A stretch of 64,000 nt of DNA from Fibrobacteria bacterium. Its GTDB lineage: Bacteria; Fibrobacterota; Chitinivibrionia; Chitinivibrionales; FEN-1185. This document shows, piece by piece, positions 18,789 through 27,726 of the stretch (its first letter is position 1; each line of letters starts with the position of its first letter). The translations under genes were made by a program, and so were the position numbers. The notes under the pieces were generated by a model that saw only the letters and a program-made list of their open reading frames with translations, ran no database searches and had not been told where the DNA came from. Location of the stretch: contig JBBIGR010000001.1 of assembly GCA_037447435.1 (NCBI GenBank), forward strand, positions 32,001 to 96,000. Reading direction: 5' to 3'.

Positions 18789-20528
18789 TTGATTTTATTT
18801 AAATTTATTTTCCAAATATTGAAACACTTATGGCGGGAGGGATTTTTCTCTATTTCCAAACATCTCCTCTACCTTTACAGGTACAATATATTTTTAAAAA
18901 ATGATTTGAAGCATGTAACTCTTCCATCACCTTATATTAATAAAGCAAATGAGAAAAAACTGCTGTTTTCTATCATCACTCCTGCTTATAAAAGTAATTC
19001 AACATGGCTTTTGGAAGCTATATTTTCCGTTCAAAATCAATCATACACACATTGGCAGTTGTGTTTGGGATTATCTGAAATAGACCCAATTCTAAAAAAC
19101 CAATTAAATCAAATTTCAAATAATGATTCCAGAATTCTTCTTATCGATATTCATGAAAACAAAGGGATTTCACAAAATTCCAATATCATAGCTTCCCACG
19201 TCACCGGCGATTATATCGGGTTTTTAGATCATGATGATATTTTAAAGCCCGATGCACTGCTCTGTTTTGCCGAGAAATTAAAAGAAATCGATTATGATAT
19301 TATTTATTCGGATGAAGAGCGTATTTCGGAACAAAGATATCATTTTTTTTTACCGTTAATAAAACCAAACTGGGCGCCGGACACGTTTTTATCGTATAAT
19401 TATTTTTGCCATTTCACATGTATTAAAACGTCTTTATTTAGAAAATTATCCGGATTTAATCAAAAATACGACGGAGCCCAGGATTACGACCTTTTCTTAC
19501 GTGCTACCGAGCAAACTCAAAATATCGGCCATGTACGAAAAGTGCTTTATTCTTGGCGAGTTTGCCGCGGCTCATCATCCCAAGGCGTTCAAAAAAATAA
19601 GCCATATGCAAAAACTGCTGGCCTTTCCGCCTTGCAAGACCATCTTAACAGAATTAAAATTCCGGCAACGGTTACAAATGGCTTTTTTGATGGCAGTTAT
19701 CAGGTAAACTATCCCCTTAAACCCGGTCTTTCTGTCGATATAATTATAGCCTCGGCAAACAAAAACAACACCCTTATTCGTTGTATCAACAGTATTCTTT
19801 CAAAACAATATGATTTTTCTGTTTCAATTCACATTCTTCTTAACAATGATCCTTGTGTTGAAAAAACTTTGTCGTTATTGCCAAAAGACAAGAAACTATC
19901 TATTGAGATTTCGAATGGTCCTTTTAATTTCAGCGCAATAAATAACAAACCGGGATTTGCGAGCAACGCAGAATTGCTTTTATTTCTTAACGATGATATC
20001 ATAGTTCAAAATACCGATTGGCTGGCAAACCTTGTCCAGCACGCTCAGCGGGATGAAATTGGCGCTGTTGGCTCATTGTTGCTGTATCCTCAAGGAAAGA
20101 TTCAACATAGCGGGTTGACACTTTCTCCCACTCAAATTGCGGTTGATCTCAGTTTACATTATAAAAGTTCAAGTTATGGGTTGTGCAATCGTGCAAAAAT
20201 CATTCAAAACGTAAGCGCAGTCACGGGTGCATGTCTTTGCACAAAGCAAAAACTGTTTACGTCACTTGGTGGTTTTGACGAAAAGCTCGCCTTAGGATAT
20301 AATGATATTGATTATTGTTTAAAAGCTTCGCAATCCGGGAAAAGAATTCTTTATACTCCGTTTTGCCAGTGTATTCATCATGAGTCTTTGACTCGGGGAT
20401 TGGACAATAATAATCCCGACAAAAGGAAACGCCTTGGTGACGAAATTGAATATATGAAAAACAAGTGGGGTCATTTGCTAAATACTGATCCGTATTATTC
20501 GTTTGAATACCTTCACAAAAGAATCTAA
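18789..20528 (+). CDS. Double-domain GT2 glycosyltransferase (RfbC/WsaE-like)
   Basis: FSIITPAY, FLDHDD, IYSDEE, GAQDYDL; second domain FLNDD, AVTGACL, YNDIDYC, HHESLTRG; start uncertain. Confidence 0.9.
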   Translation: MILFKFIFQILKHLWREGFFSISKHLLYLYRYNIFLKNDLKHVTLPSPYINKANEKKLLFSIITPAYKSNSTWLLEAIFSVQNQSYTHWQLCLGLSEIDPILKNQLNQISNNDSRILLIDIHENKGISQNSNIIASHVTGDYIGFLDHDDILKPDALLCFAEKLKEIDYDIIYSDEERISEQRYHFFLPLIKPNWAPDTFLSYNYFCHFTCIKTSLFRKLSGFNQKYDGAQDYDLFLRATEQTQNIGHVRKVLYSWRVCRGSSSQGVQKNKPYAKTAGLSALQDHLNRIKIPATVTNGFFDGSYQVNYPLKPGLSVDIIIASANKNNTLIRCINSILSKQYDFSVSIHILLNNDPCVEKTLSLLPKDKKLSIEISNGPFNFSAINNKPGFASNAELLLFLNDDIIVQNTDWLANLVQHAQRDEIGAVGSLLLYPQGKIQHSGLTLSPTQIAVDLSLHYKSSSYGLCNRAKIIQNVSAVTGACLCTKQKLFTSLGGFDEKLALGYNDIDYCLKASQSGKRILYTPFCQCIHHESLTRGLDNNNPDKRKRLGDEIEYMKNKWGHLLNTDPYYSFEYLHKRI

Positions 20529-20634
20529 CGGTTTCAATGGTTTGTTTATTTCGTATCAGCATACGATTAAACTGGTCTTCAAGGAAATAGTACTTATTGC
20601 TCAAAAAGAGAATTAATGTCTGCCAATTTTACGA

Positions 20635-21657
20635 TCATTTTCCCTGGCTTATGAAAAAAAGCGCAATTCTTCTCATATAAGAACTTTTGCTTTTAGAAAA
20701 CAATTTTAGCTCTTCCGTCAACGACAATATCGATTTTCGTTTCAGCCTTTTTTTCCTGATTTCGAATATTTTAGGCAAACCTCTCACCATTTCGCCATAC
20801 GCTAAAAACAAACCCGGTTGAACAAATGCCTTAAGCAGGAAAAAAGTCTGCAAAGGAAACCAATAAAAAAAATGGCTCATTAAAATTAAAGACCGTTCAT
20901 TGAGAACCATAAGCCAAATTCGGTTCCGATGATTTCGATTTCGCGCAATGGTTTTTAGTTTTTTCCCTTTTAAAGCCCCCTCACGCACATGCCAGGCTTG
21001 AGTTTTTCCTGTGCAAACGGCTTTCCATCCCATCCTCCTTGCTCGCCAGGCGAGATCAACATCCTCATAATACGACTCGAACATTTCAAGAAACGGCGGC
21101 TCATTTTGAGAAATATCCGATAGCATTTTTCTCGAATAAACCGGGGCACACCCGCCAACGCCAAAAGGATATGACACTGTTGTTATTGGCGTATTCGCGA
21201 TTTTTCCCGCTTCTATATCATCGTGATATCTGGATTTATTTAAAGCTATGCCAAGACTGTCGATAACAAACGTTTTTTTACCCTTTACAAGCCGGTATAG
21301 AACTCCACAGGCCATCCCGATCCTATCATCACCTTTCATTTCGGTAATGCACGCATGCAAATAATTTTCGCCAAGGAGGATATCGGCATTCAAAAGACAA
21401 ATAAATTCACTTTTAGATTGCGATATTCCCCAGTTCATTGCACGTGCAAACCCTAAATTCGTATCAAATTGATGGTACGTAAAACCCGGTTTTCCCAAAC
21501 ACCAACTTTCGGCAAGGCTATCCGAACCGTCTGTAGAGCAATTATCAAGGACTAAGACTTCTGCTGGCAATTCGGTTTGTGCAATTACCGATTCTAAAAG
21601 CTGAACAATAGTGTCTTTGCCATTAAAATTTAAAATCACAACCGAACATTCCGCCAT
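20635..21657 (-). CDS. GT2 glycosyltransferase
   Basis: SVVILNFNG, LDNCSTDGS, NLGFA, LLNAD, YYEDVDLAWR. Confidence 0.92.
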   Translation of the reverse strand: MAECSVVILNFNGKDTIVQLLESVIAQTELPAEVLVLDNCSTDGSDSLAESWCLGKPGFTYHQFDTNLGFARAMNWGISQSKSEFICLLNADILLGENYLHACITEMKGDDRIGMACGVLYRLVKGKKTFVIDSLGIALNKSRYHDDIEAGKIANTPITTVSYPFGVGGCAPVYSRKMLSDISQNEPPFLEMFESYYEDVDLAWRARRMGWKAVCTGKTQAWHVREGALKGKKLKTIARNRNHRNRIWLMVLNERSLILMSHFFYWFPLQTFFLLKAFVQPGLFLAYGEMVRGLPKIFEIRKKRLKRKSILSLTEELKLFSKSKSSYMRRIALFFISQGK

Positions 21658-21904
21658 ATGATTTCCTGATGTTTACTTTAATTGTAATTTGCCTGCCGCT
21701 GATGCCAAAATTTGCTGCTACTCGAAAAATACTACAGTCTAAAAAGAAATCATCATTTACCTTAAAAATAAGTAAATGTCTTTTTTACTTGTATTGTGCA
21801 TATGTAAATCTTATTTTTCTAATGATTCGGATAGGCGGTCTTCTTTTAATTTTGTATCGTTCAAAACGGCCTGTAATCATTTCGAATCATTGGACTGATC
21901 TTTC

Positions 21905-23038
21905 ATGCATATTTTTATTGATGCCCGAGGCCTCGAAAACAAAATTGATGGAATTGGGCAATTTACCATACAAATTCTTTCAAGACTGCACTTATATACT
22001 GCTGACAAGTTTACCGTTCTCATCCTCGATAATTTGGGTCTTTCACTTCCCTCATCACCTAATGTTTCCTATATCAGAACAACTGTTCGCCGATTTACTC
22101 TTGCCGAGGGAAGTAGAATCCAATCAATTGTAAACGGGCAACATCCGGATTTATACCTCAATATGTCGCCCTATATTGTCGGCAGAATCACCTGCCCTCG
22201 CTATATGATGCTCTATGATCTTCTTGCCACCCATTTTAAAGGGCTGTTTAAAGGAATGGGGTTTTACAAAGAATTTTTAGCCCGACGTTTTTTCCGGTTT
22301 CAGACCCGAAGGTCGATACGTTCCGCAAACGGCATTATTACGATTTCCCATCATTCCAAAGAAAAAATCTGTTCGTATTACAATATAAACAAAGATTTTG
22401 TCGGCGTCGTTTATGGAGGAGTCGACATACGTTGTGATCCCTGTGCAGACCCGCAAAAAATATCGGCATTTAGAAACAAATATAACCTTGCCGATAAATT
22501 TATCTTACATGTAGGAAATTTAAAACCGTACAAGAACATTATAAATATTATCGCCGCATTTAATTTATTTACAATAAAACATCCGGATTCCAGCGTGCAA
22601 TTTGTTTTTACAGGAAATAAAGGACGAGGGTATGCCGAAGCGATGGCTCAAATCGCCAAATATAATCTTTCGACCAAAGTAAAAATGCTTGGCTACCTTG
22701 ACTCTTCTGAAATCCCTTTGTTGTACCAGGCTTCCGCCGGACTCTTTTTCCCTTCTTTGGAAGAAGGGCAGGGTCTGCCGGTATTGGAAGCCATGTGCTG
22801 TAAAACCCGAGTTGTGACATCCCGGAATACGGCGACCGAAGAAATTGCGGAAGGCCACGCGTTTCTTGTTGATTCCAAAAATCAAACTTCGCTTCTGGAA
22901 GGGCTTGAATATCTCGCCTTTACTGAAAAAGACGAAGACAAAATCCAACGGGCTTATTTACATGCAAGAAAATTTACTTGGGATAGAACCGTCCAAGATA
23001 TCATGAAAATTATTTTAATGCCGGCCCCCTCAAAATAG
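21905..23038 (+). CDS. GT4 glycosyltransferase (mannosyltransferase-like)
   Basis: IFIDAR...GIGQF, HVGNLKPYKN, FPSLEEGQGLPVLEAM. Confidence 0.92.
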   Translation: MHIFIDARGLENKIDGIGQFTIQILSRLHLYTADKFTVLILDNLGLSLPSSPNVSYIRTTVRRFTLAEGSRIQSIVNGQHPDLYLNMSPYIVGRITCPRYMMLYDLLATHFKGLFKGMGFYKEFLARRFFRFQTRRSIRSANGIITISHHSKEKICSYYNINKDFVGVVYGGVDIRCDPCADPQKISAFRNKYNLADKFILHVGNLKPYKNIINIIAAFNLFTIKHPDSSVQFVFTGNKGRGYAEAMAQIAKYNLSTKVKMLGYLDSSEIPLLYQASAGLFFPSLEEGQGLPVLEAMCCKTRVVTSRNTATEEIAEGHAFLVDSKNQTSLLEGLEYLAFTEKDEDKIQRAYLHARKFTWDRTVQDIMKIILMPAPSK

Positions 23039-23041
23039 ACT

Positions 23042-23458
23042 TCACTTCAGCTCTTTCCCGGTCGTAGACATATTCAAAGCCACGTGCTTGACGCCGACCT
23101 GGGATTTGAGCATGCTCGCGAGCTTTTCGACTTCGCGGGCTTTACCTTTGACTGCAATAATTTCGAGGCAATTATGGTGGTCTATGTGGACATGTTGTGC
23201 GGAAATAATGACGGATTGGAAATCGTGCTGAATATCCATGAGATTATTGACAAGCTCACGTTTATGATGATCGTAGCTTATGGTGACTGCGCCGGCAACT
23301 TCGTTATCGCATAGCCACTGCTTTTTTACCAAATCTGCGCGAATAAGATCCCGAATTGCCTCGGACCTGTTTTTATAATTTCTTTCGGAAATATATTCGT
23401 CGAATTCATCAATGAGATCTTTTTCCAGGGAAACCCCGAATCGGTACAGAGAACTCAT
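23042..23458 (-). CDS. nikR: Nickel-responsive regulator NikR (Arg-Gly-Ser beta-strand class)
   Basis: RFGVSL, NRSEAIRDLIR, YDHH, HVHIDHHNCLE. Confidence 0.96.
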   Translation of the reverse strand: MSSLYRFGVSLEKDLIDEFDEYISERNYKNRSEAIRDLIRADLVKKQWLCDNEVAGAVTISYDHHKRELVNNLMDIQHDFQSVIISAQHVHIDHHNCLEIIAVKGKAREVEKLASMLKSQVGVKHVALNMSTTGKELK

Positions 23459-23459
23459 A

Positions 23460-24905
23460 TCAATGCGCTCCCTTACCGGTAAAAACGACCAAAAGAGTGC
23501 GAAGCATTATTTTCAAATCGAGCAATAAAGACATGTTTTCGAAGTAATACAAATCGTACATGACTTTCTGCTTCACGTCTTCAATAGACGAATCATACTT
23601 ATGCTTGACTTGCGCCCAACCGGTTATTCCGGGCTTCATTTTTATGCGGCGAACGTACCAGGGAATTTCCTGTTGCAACTGTTTGATAAAAAACTCGCGT
23701 TCGGGACGCGGTCCAACCAAGCTCATATCTCCCATAAGTACATTGATGAATTGCGGAATTTCATCCAGGCGCGTTTTTCGGATAAATCTGCCGATCGGCG
23801 TAATTCTCGGGTCGTTTTTACTTGCCCACATCGGTCCCGTTCGCTTCTCCGCATCCTGATACATCGACCGGAATTTATGCATGACAAACGGTTTTCCGTT
23901 TTGGCCAACCCGTTCTTGATTATAAACCGCTTTTCCCGGTGAAGTGAGTCTGATAATCAACGCCACGGAAAGCCATAAGGGAGCGCCAAGAATCAGAACT
24001 AGCAGCGACACGGTTACGTCCATAAGCCGTTTGATTTGCGCTTCCCATTGAGGCATATGGTCGGACAGTAAAACCATAAGCGGAACACCGAAAATTTGAT
24101 GTGTTTTCAAATGACCGGTAATGACATCCATCAAGGAAGGCACCATATAAATCGTCAGGCGCAAGTCCCCGCAGTAGTTAACGATTTTGAGAATTTCATT
24201 TGCCGATTCGGAAACATGGGATATTATCAGGCCGGAAATCTTATCTTTCTTTGCAATCGCAGGAATATCGGAATAGGTACCTAAAACGGTTAATGTCCCG
24301 CATTTTGTCCCTTTCAGCCTGCCGTCGTCGTCAACAAATCCTTTGACGCTGTATCCAAGGTGAGGATAATGGCTTAATTCCTCAAGAAGTTTTGCCCCGG
24401 ATTCCTGCGCGCCAACAATAAGCACGTTGCTGACCCCGATGCCCTTGACAAACAACCAGGACAACAAGCTGTGCATCAAAAACCGGTCTGCCGTGGAAAA
24501 CACGACAATGCAAGCCGAATATGTCACCAATATCGCAAGTTTTGTACGGGTAAACAGTACCGAAATATTTCCCGTTTTGGCGCATTCGATAATTTGCGAA
24601 GCGCTGGTGACCAAAAACAGCAGGAAAATGCCGATGATGATGGTGCGCACAACAACAAAGAATTCATCGATCCGCGATTCCTTATACCAGTCCCGGTATA
24701 GCCCGGTTAAAAAAAACAAGCCTACCCAACTTACCGAAATAAAAATAGACAAAATAAAATAGGAGGAAAAATCGATGTTCGGATTATAGCTTTCGGGGAA
24801 AAAGTTACTTTTGTAGCGAATGAAAAAAGCTGTCGCAAAAGCAATATTAAAAGCAATGAAATCGATTAAAAATGTCAACGCTTTTTCGATAAATCGTACT
24901 GCCAT
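23460..24905 (-). CDS. Initiating undecaprenyl-phosphate sugar-phosphate transferase (WcaJ/WbaP family)
   Basis: KRLMD, KFRSM, DPRIT, RLDEIPQF, MSLVGPRPE, KPGITGWAQV. Confidence 0.93.
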   Translation of the reverse strand: MAVRFIEKALTFLIDFIAFNIAFATAFFIRYKSNFFPESYNPNIDFSSYFILSIFISVSWVGLFFLTGLYRDWYKESRIDEFFVVVRTIIIGIFLLFLVTSASQIIECAKTGNISVLFTRTKLAILVTYSACIVVFSTADRFLMHSLLSWLFVKGIGVSNVLIVGAQESGAKLLEELSHYPHLGYSVKGFVDDDGRLKGTKCGTLTVLGTYSDIPAIAKKDKISGLIISHVSESANEILKIVNYCGDLRLTIYMVPSLMDVITGHLKTHQIFGVPLMVLLSDHMPQWEAQIKRLMDVTVSLLVLILGAPLWLSVALIIRLTSPGKAVYNQERVGQNGKPFVMHKFRSMYQDAEKRTGPMWASKNDPRITPIGRFIRKTRLDEIPQFINVLMGDMSLVGPRPEREFFIKQLQQEIPWYVRRIKMKPGITGWAQVKHKYDSSIEDVKQKVMYDLYYFENMSLLLDLKIMLRTLLVVFTGKGAH

Positions 24906-24913
24906 AATTTTAA

Positions 24914-24948
24914 TTAAAGAGTAAAGATTAAAAAGTAAAGAGTAAAGA
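24914..24948. repeat. Imperfect heptamer tandem repeat, 5 copies
   Basis: TTAAAGA GTAAAGA TTAAAAA GTAAAGA GTAAAGA. Confidence 0.7.
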
Positions 24949-25000
24949 TGCGGAGCAACGGATTAACCATAAACACCCAAGGGTAAAATAAATACCGCTA

Positions 25001-26191
25001 TTAGAAATTCCCTTTAATAAACGTTTCAAACAAGGAAACGCCCGTATACAGTTTTTTTCCCAATGCGCTTTTTTCGCAATATGAATTATTATTATCCGGA
25101 ATTATCGAGGTTCCGCAAACCGCGTAGGGGACCGGCATCGAATGATGCGTTTTCATAGGGATCGGCGTTGCATGGTCCGGCATGACAAGAATACGCATTT
25201 CGCTGAACTCGTCCCGCATTTTTAAAACTTCGCCGACGATATGCGTATCGAACTCCTCTATCGCCTGAATTTTCTTTTGCAAAGATCCTTCATGCGACGT
25301 TTCGTCGGGCGATTCGACATGGATAAATACAAAATCCTCGCCCGATGCCAACGCTTCATGAGCGGCGGCGACCTTGCCTGCGTAGTTTGTACCCAAATAG
25401 CCGGTTGCACCCTCAACGATTCTTACATTCAAACCGGCAAGTACGCCGATGCCGCGCACGAGATCAACGGCGGATATTACCGAGCCGGTCAATGAAAAGC
25501 GATCTTTGATTGTCGGAAAAGTCATGGCCTTTCCCTGGCCCCATAACCATATATGGGTTGCGGGTTTTTTGTTGTTGGCGATCCGTTGCGCGTTAACCGA
25601 TGATTTGGCAAGAATTTCAGCAGCTTTTTCCATGAGATGCAAAACCATGTCTTGCCCCGCACCCTTGGGCAATTTATCGGCAATGGGTTTTCCGGAAATA
25701 TCATGCGGAGGGGTGCATTCCAATGGCCCTTGTCCAAAATTGGAAATGACAACCAAATGCCGATAGCTGACCCCGGGATAAAACTTGACCGTATTGGAAC
25801 CGAGCGCTTTTTGAAGCTCGGCAATGATTTCATGAGCTTCGGCGGTCTCAATATGGCCGGAGGAATAATCGTCCATGCATTCGTCTTTAAGGGTGACCAG
25901 GTTGCAACGGAAAGCGACATCCGTGGGTAAAAGCGGAATGCCCATGCTTGCAGCCTCAATAGGCGCGCGACCGGAATAATACGTTGCCGGATCATAGCCC
26001 ATCAAAGACATGTTTGCGACATCGGAGCCCGGCGGCAATCCGTCGGGAACCGTTTTAACAAGACCGACAAGCCCTTGGGTTGCGATCGCATCCATATTCG
26101 GGGTTTTCGCAAAGTCAAGCGGTGTAAGTCCGTTAAGTTCGGGCAAGGCAAAATCGGCCATGCCGTCGCCGACTAATAATGCATATTTCAT
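25001..26191 (-). CDS. apgM: ApgM-family cofactor-independent phosphoglycerate mutase / proposed homoserine kinase
   Basis: GDGMAD, PGSDVAN, FRCNLV, PPHD, HVESPDETSHEG, PDHATP. Confidence 0.88.
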   Translation of the reverse strand: MKYALLVGDGMADFALPELNGLTPLDFAKTPNMDAIATQGLVGLVKTVPDGLPPGSDVANMSLMGYDPATYYSGRAPIEAASMGIPLLPTDVAFRCNLVTLKDECMDDYSSGHIETAEAHEIIAELQKALGSNTVKFYPGVSYRHLVVISNFGQGPLECTPPHDISGKPIADKLPKGAGQDMVLHLMEKAAEILAKSSVNAQRIANNKKPATHIWLWGQGKAMTFPTIKDRFSLTGSVISAVDLVRGIGVLAGLNVRIVEGATGYLGTNYAGKVAAAHEALASGEDFVFIHVESPDETSHEGSLQKKIQAIEEFDTHIVGEVLKMRDEFSEMRILVMPDHATPIPMKTHHSMPVPYAVCGTSIIPDNNNSYCEKSALGKKLYTGVSLFETFIKGNF

Positions 26192-26206
26192 TTAAAACAA
26201 TTCAAA

Positions 26207-26241
26207 TTAAAGAGTGAAGATTAAAAATTGAAAATTCAAAC
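26207..26241. repeat. Imperfect heptamer tandem repeat, 5 copies, related to 24914..24948
   Basis: TTAAAGA GTGAAGA TTAAAAA TTGAAAA TTCAAAC. Confidence 0.65.
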
Positions 26242-26266
26242 ATTGGAAAAAAATGTTTAAAAATCC

Positions 26267-27625
26267 TTATTTCGTTTTGGCCCATTTTTCTATATACGAA
26301 AGAATCTTGCTCGCGCTTGCAGGCAATTTTACGGGCTTATTGCTCAGCCCCTTTGTTTTGATTTTCTGCGTCCCGCTGACCGATGATTTTCTATCCGCGT
26401 CAAGGTACAGCTCGTCCTGATGGAATTCCACGGTATAATCGGGATCTTTGAGCAAATGACCGGTAAGAATACAGACCGCGGTTTCGGATTTTTTTATAAC
26501 GCCTTTGGCAACAAGCTTTTTGCATCCCGCAACCGTCGTGGCAGAGGCAGGCTCGCTGCCGACACCGTCCCGACCCACCATGGATTTTGCCGCCGCTATC
26601 TCGTCTTCCGTTACCTGTTCGACAATACCGTGTGTGGATTGTACTGCATACCAGGCCTTGTCAAATGATACCGGATTGCCTATTTTAATGGCCGTTGCCC
26701 GGGTATGAGCGTGGACCGGCGTTAAAACCGGATCGTTTGCGGCATAGCTCTTATACAACGGATTAGCTCCATCCGCCTGAATTATCGCGATTTTGGGGAT
26801 TTTTTTAATGAATCCCGCTTGTTTCAACTCGTAAAATGCCTTGCCGAATGAACTAGAGTTTCCAAGGTTGCCGCCCGGAACCACGACCCAGTCGGGAGAT
26901 TGCCATCCCAGCTGATGAAGCATTTCGATCATAATTGTTTTCTGACCTTCGATGCGGTACGGATTAATCGAATTCAGCAGATAAATCGAGCCTTTATTGC
27001 AAATAGTTTCAACAATATCCATTGCTTTATCGAAATCACCGTCGATTTGAATCGTCAATGCGCCGTAATCAAGGGATTGAGACAGCTTTCCGTATGCGAT
27101 TTGACCGTCGGGAATAAATACAATGCTTTGCATTCCCGCCCGGGCGGCGTATGCGGCCATAGACGCCGAGGTGTTTCCCGTAGAAGCGCAGGCAACCATT
27201 CTTGCACCCAATTTTTTGGCCATGGTCACCGCGGTAGTCATGCCGTTATCTTTGAATGAACCGGTAGGATTTAACCCCTGATGTTTTGCAAAAAGGTTAT
27301 TCATGCCGCAAAAGTGTGCGCATTTCGGCATTGAAAAAATAGTCGTATTACCTTCCGACATTGTAACCACCGTATCAAACGGTTTAAACGCGGGCAAAAA
27401 TTCCCTATAGCGCCAAACGCCGCTTTTATTTATCGGATCGAACGAGGTAAGACGTTTGTCGAATAAATCGCGCATAGCTTTTACCTGTTTTGCAGACATC
27501 GGCTCGATATTATTGACGACTTCAAGCGTTCGACCGTCGTTACTTCTATATCGAATTTCATGAATGGGATATTTTGTCTGTTTTGCTTCCGCTTCGCCAA
27601 AGGCCTGTAAAAACGGCTTTTTCAT
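26267..27625 (-). CDS. thrC: Threonine synthase
   Basis: NPTGSFKD.GM, CASTGNTSAS, NSINPYRIEGQKT, VPGGNLGN, TGHLLKDPD. Confidence 0.95.
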   Translation of the reverse strand: MKKPFLQAFGEAEAKQTKYPIHEIRYRSNDGRTLEVVNNIEPMSAKQVKAMRDLFDKRLTSFDPINKSGVWRYREFLPAFKPFDTVVTMSEGNTTIFSMPKCAHFCGMNNLFAKHQGLNPTGSFKDNGMTTAVTMAKKLGARMVACASTGNTSASMAAYAARAGMQSIVFIPDGQIAYGKLSQSLDYGALTIQIDGDFDKAMDIVETICNKGSIYLLNSINPYRIEGQKTIMIEMLHQLGWQSPDWVVVPGGNLGNSSSFGKAFYELKQAGFIKKIPKIAIIQADGANPLYKSYAANDPVLTPVHAHTRATAIKIGNPVSFDKAWYAVQSTHGIVEQVTEDEIAAAKSMVGRDGVGSEPASATTVAGCKKLVAKGVIKKSETAVCILTGHLLKDPDYTVEFHQDELYLDADRKSSVSGTQKIKTKGLSNKPVKLPASASKILSYIEKWAKTK

Positions 27626-27726
27626 GATGATAGTTCCTTAATTTTCAACGATTGCAGGACTTGCTAAGTATCTCTATGCCCCGCATTTTTTATGATTTTT
27701 GTTACTCTTAACTTTGATGACACTTT

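Noticed and set aside
21669..22133. 154-aa ORF overlapping the GT4 start
   Set aside because: No recognisable motif and it overlaps a well-supported gene in another frame.
11022..23038. Invertible (shufflon-like) segments explaining the strand switches
   Set aside because: I found no shared inverted repeats at the junctions and no recombinase in the window.
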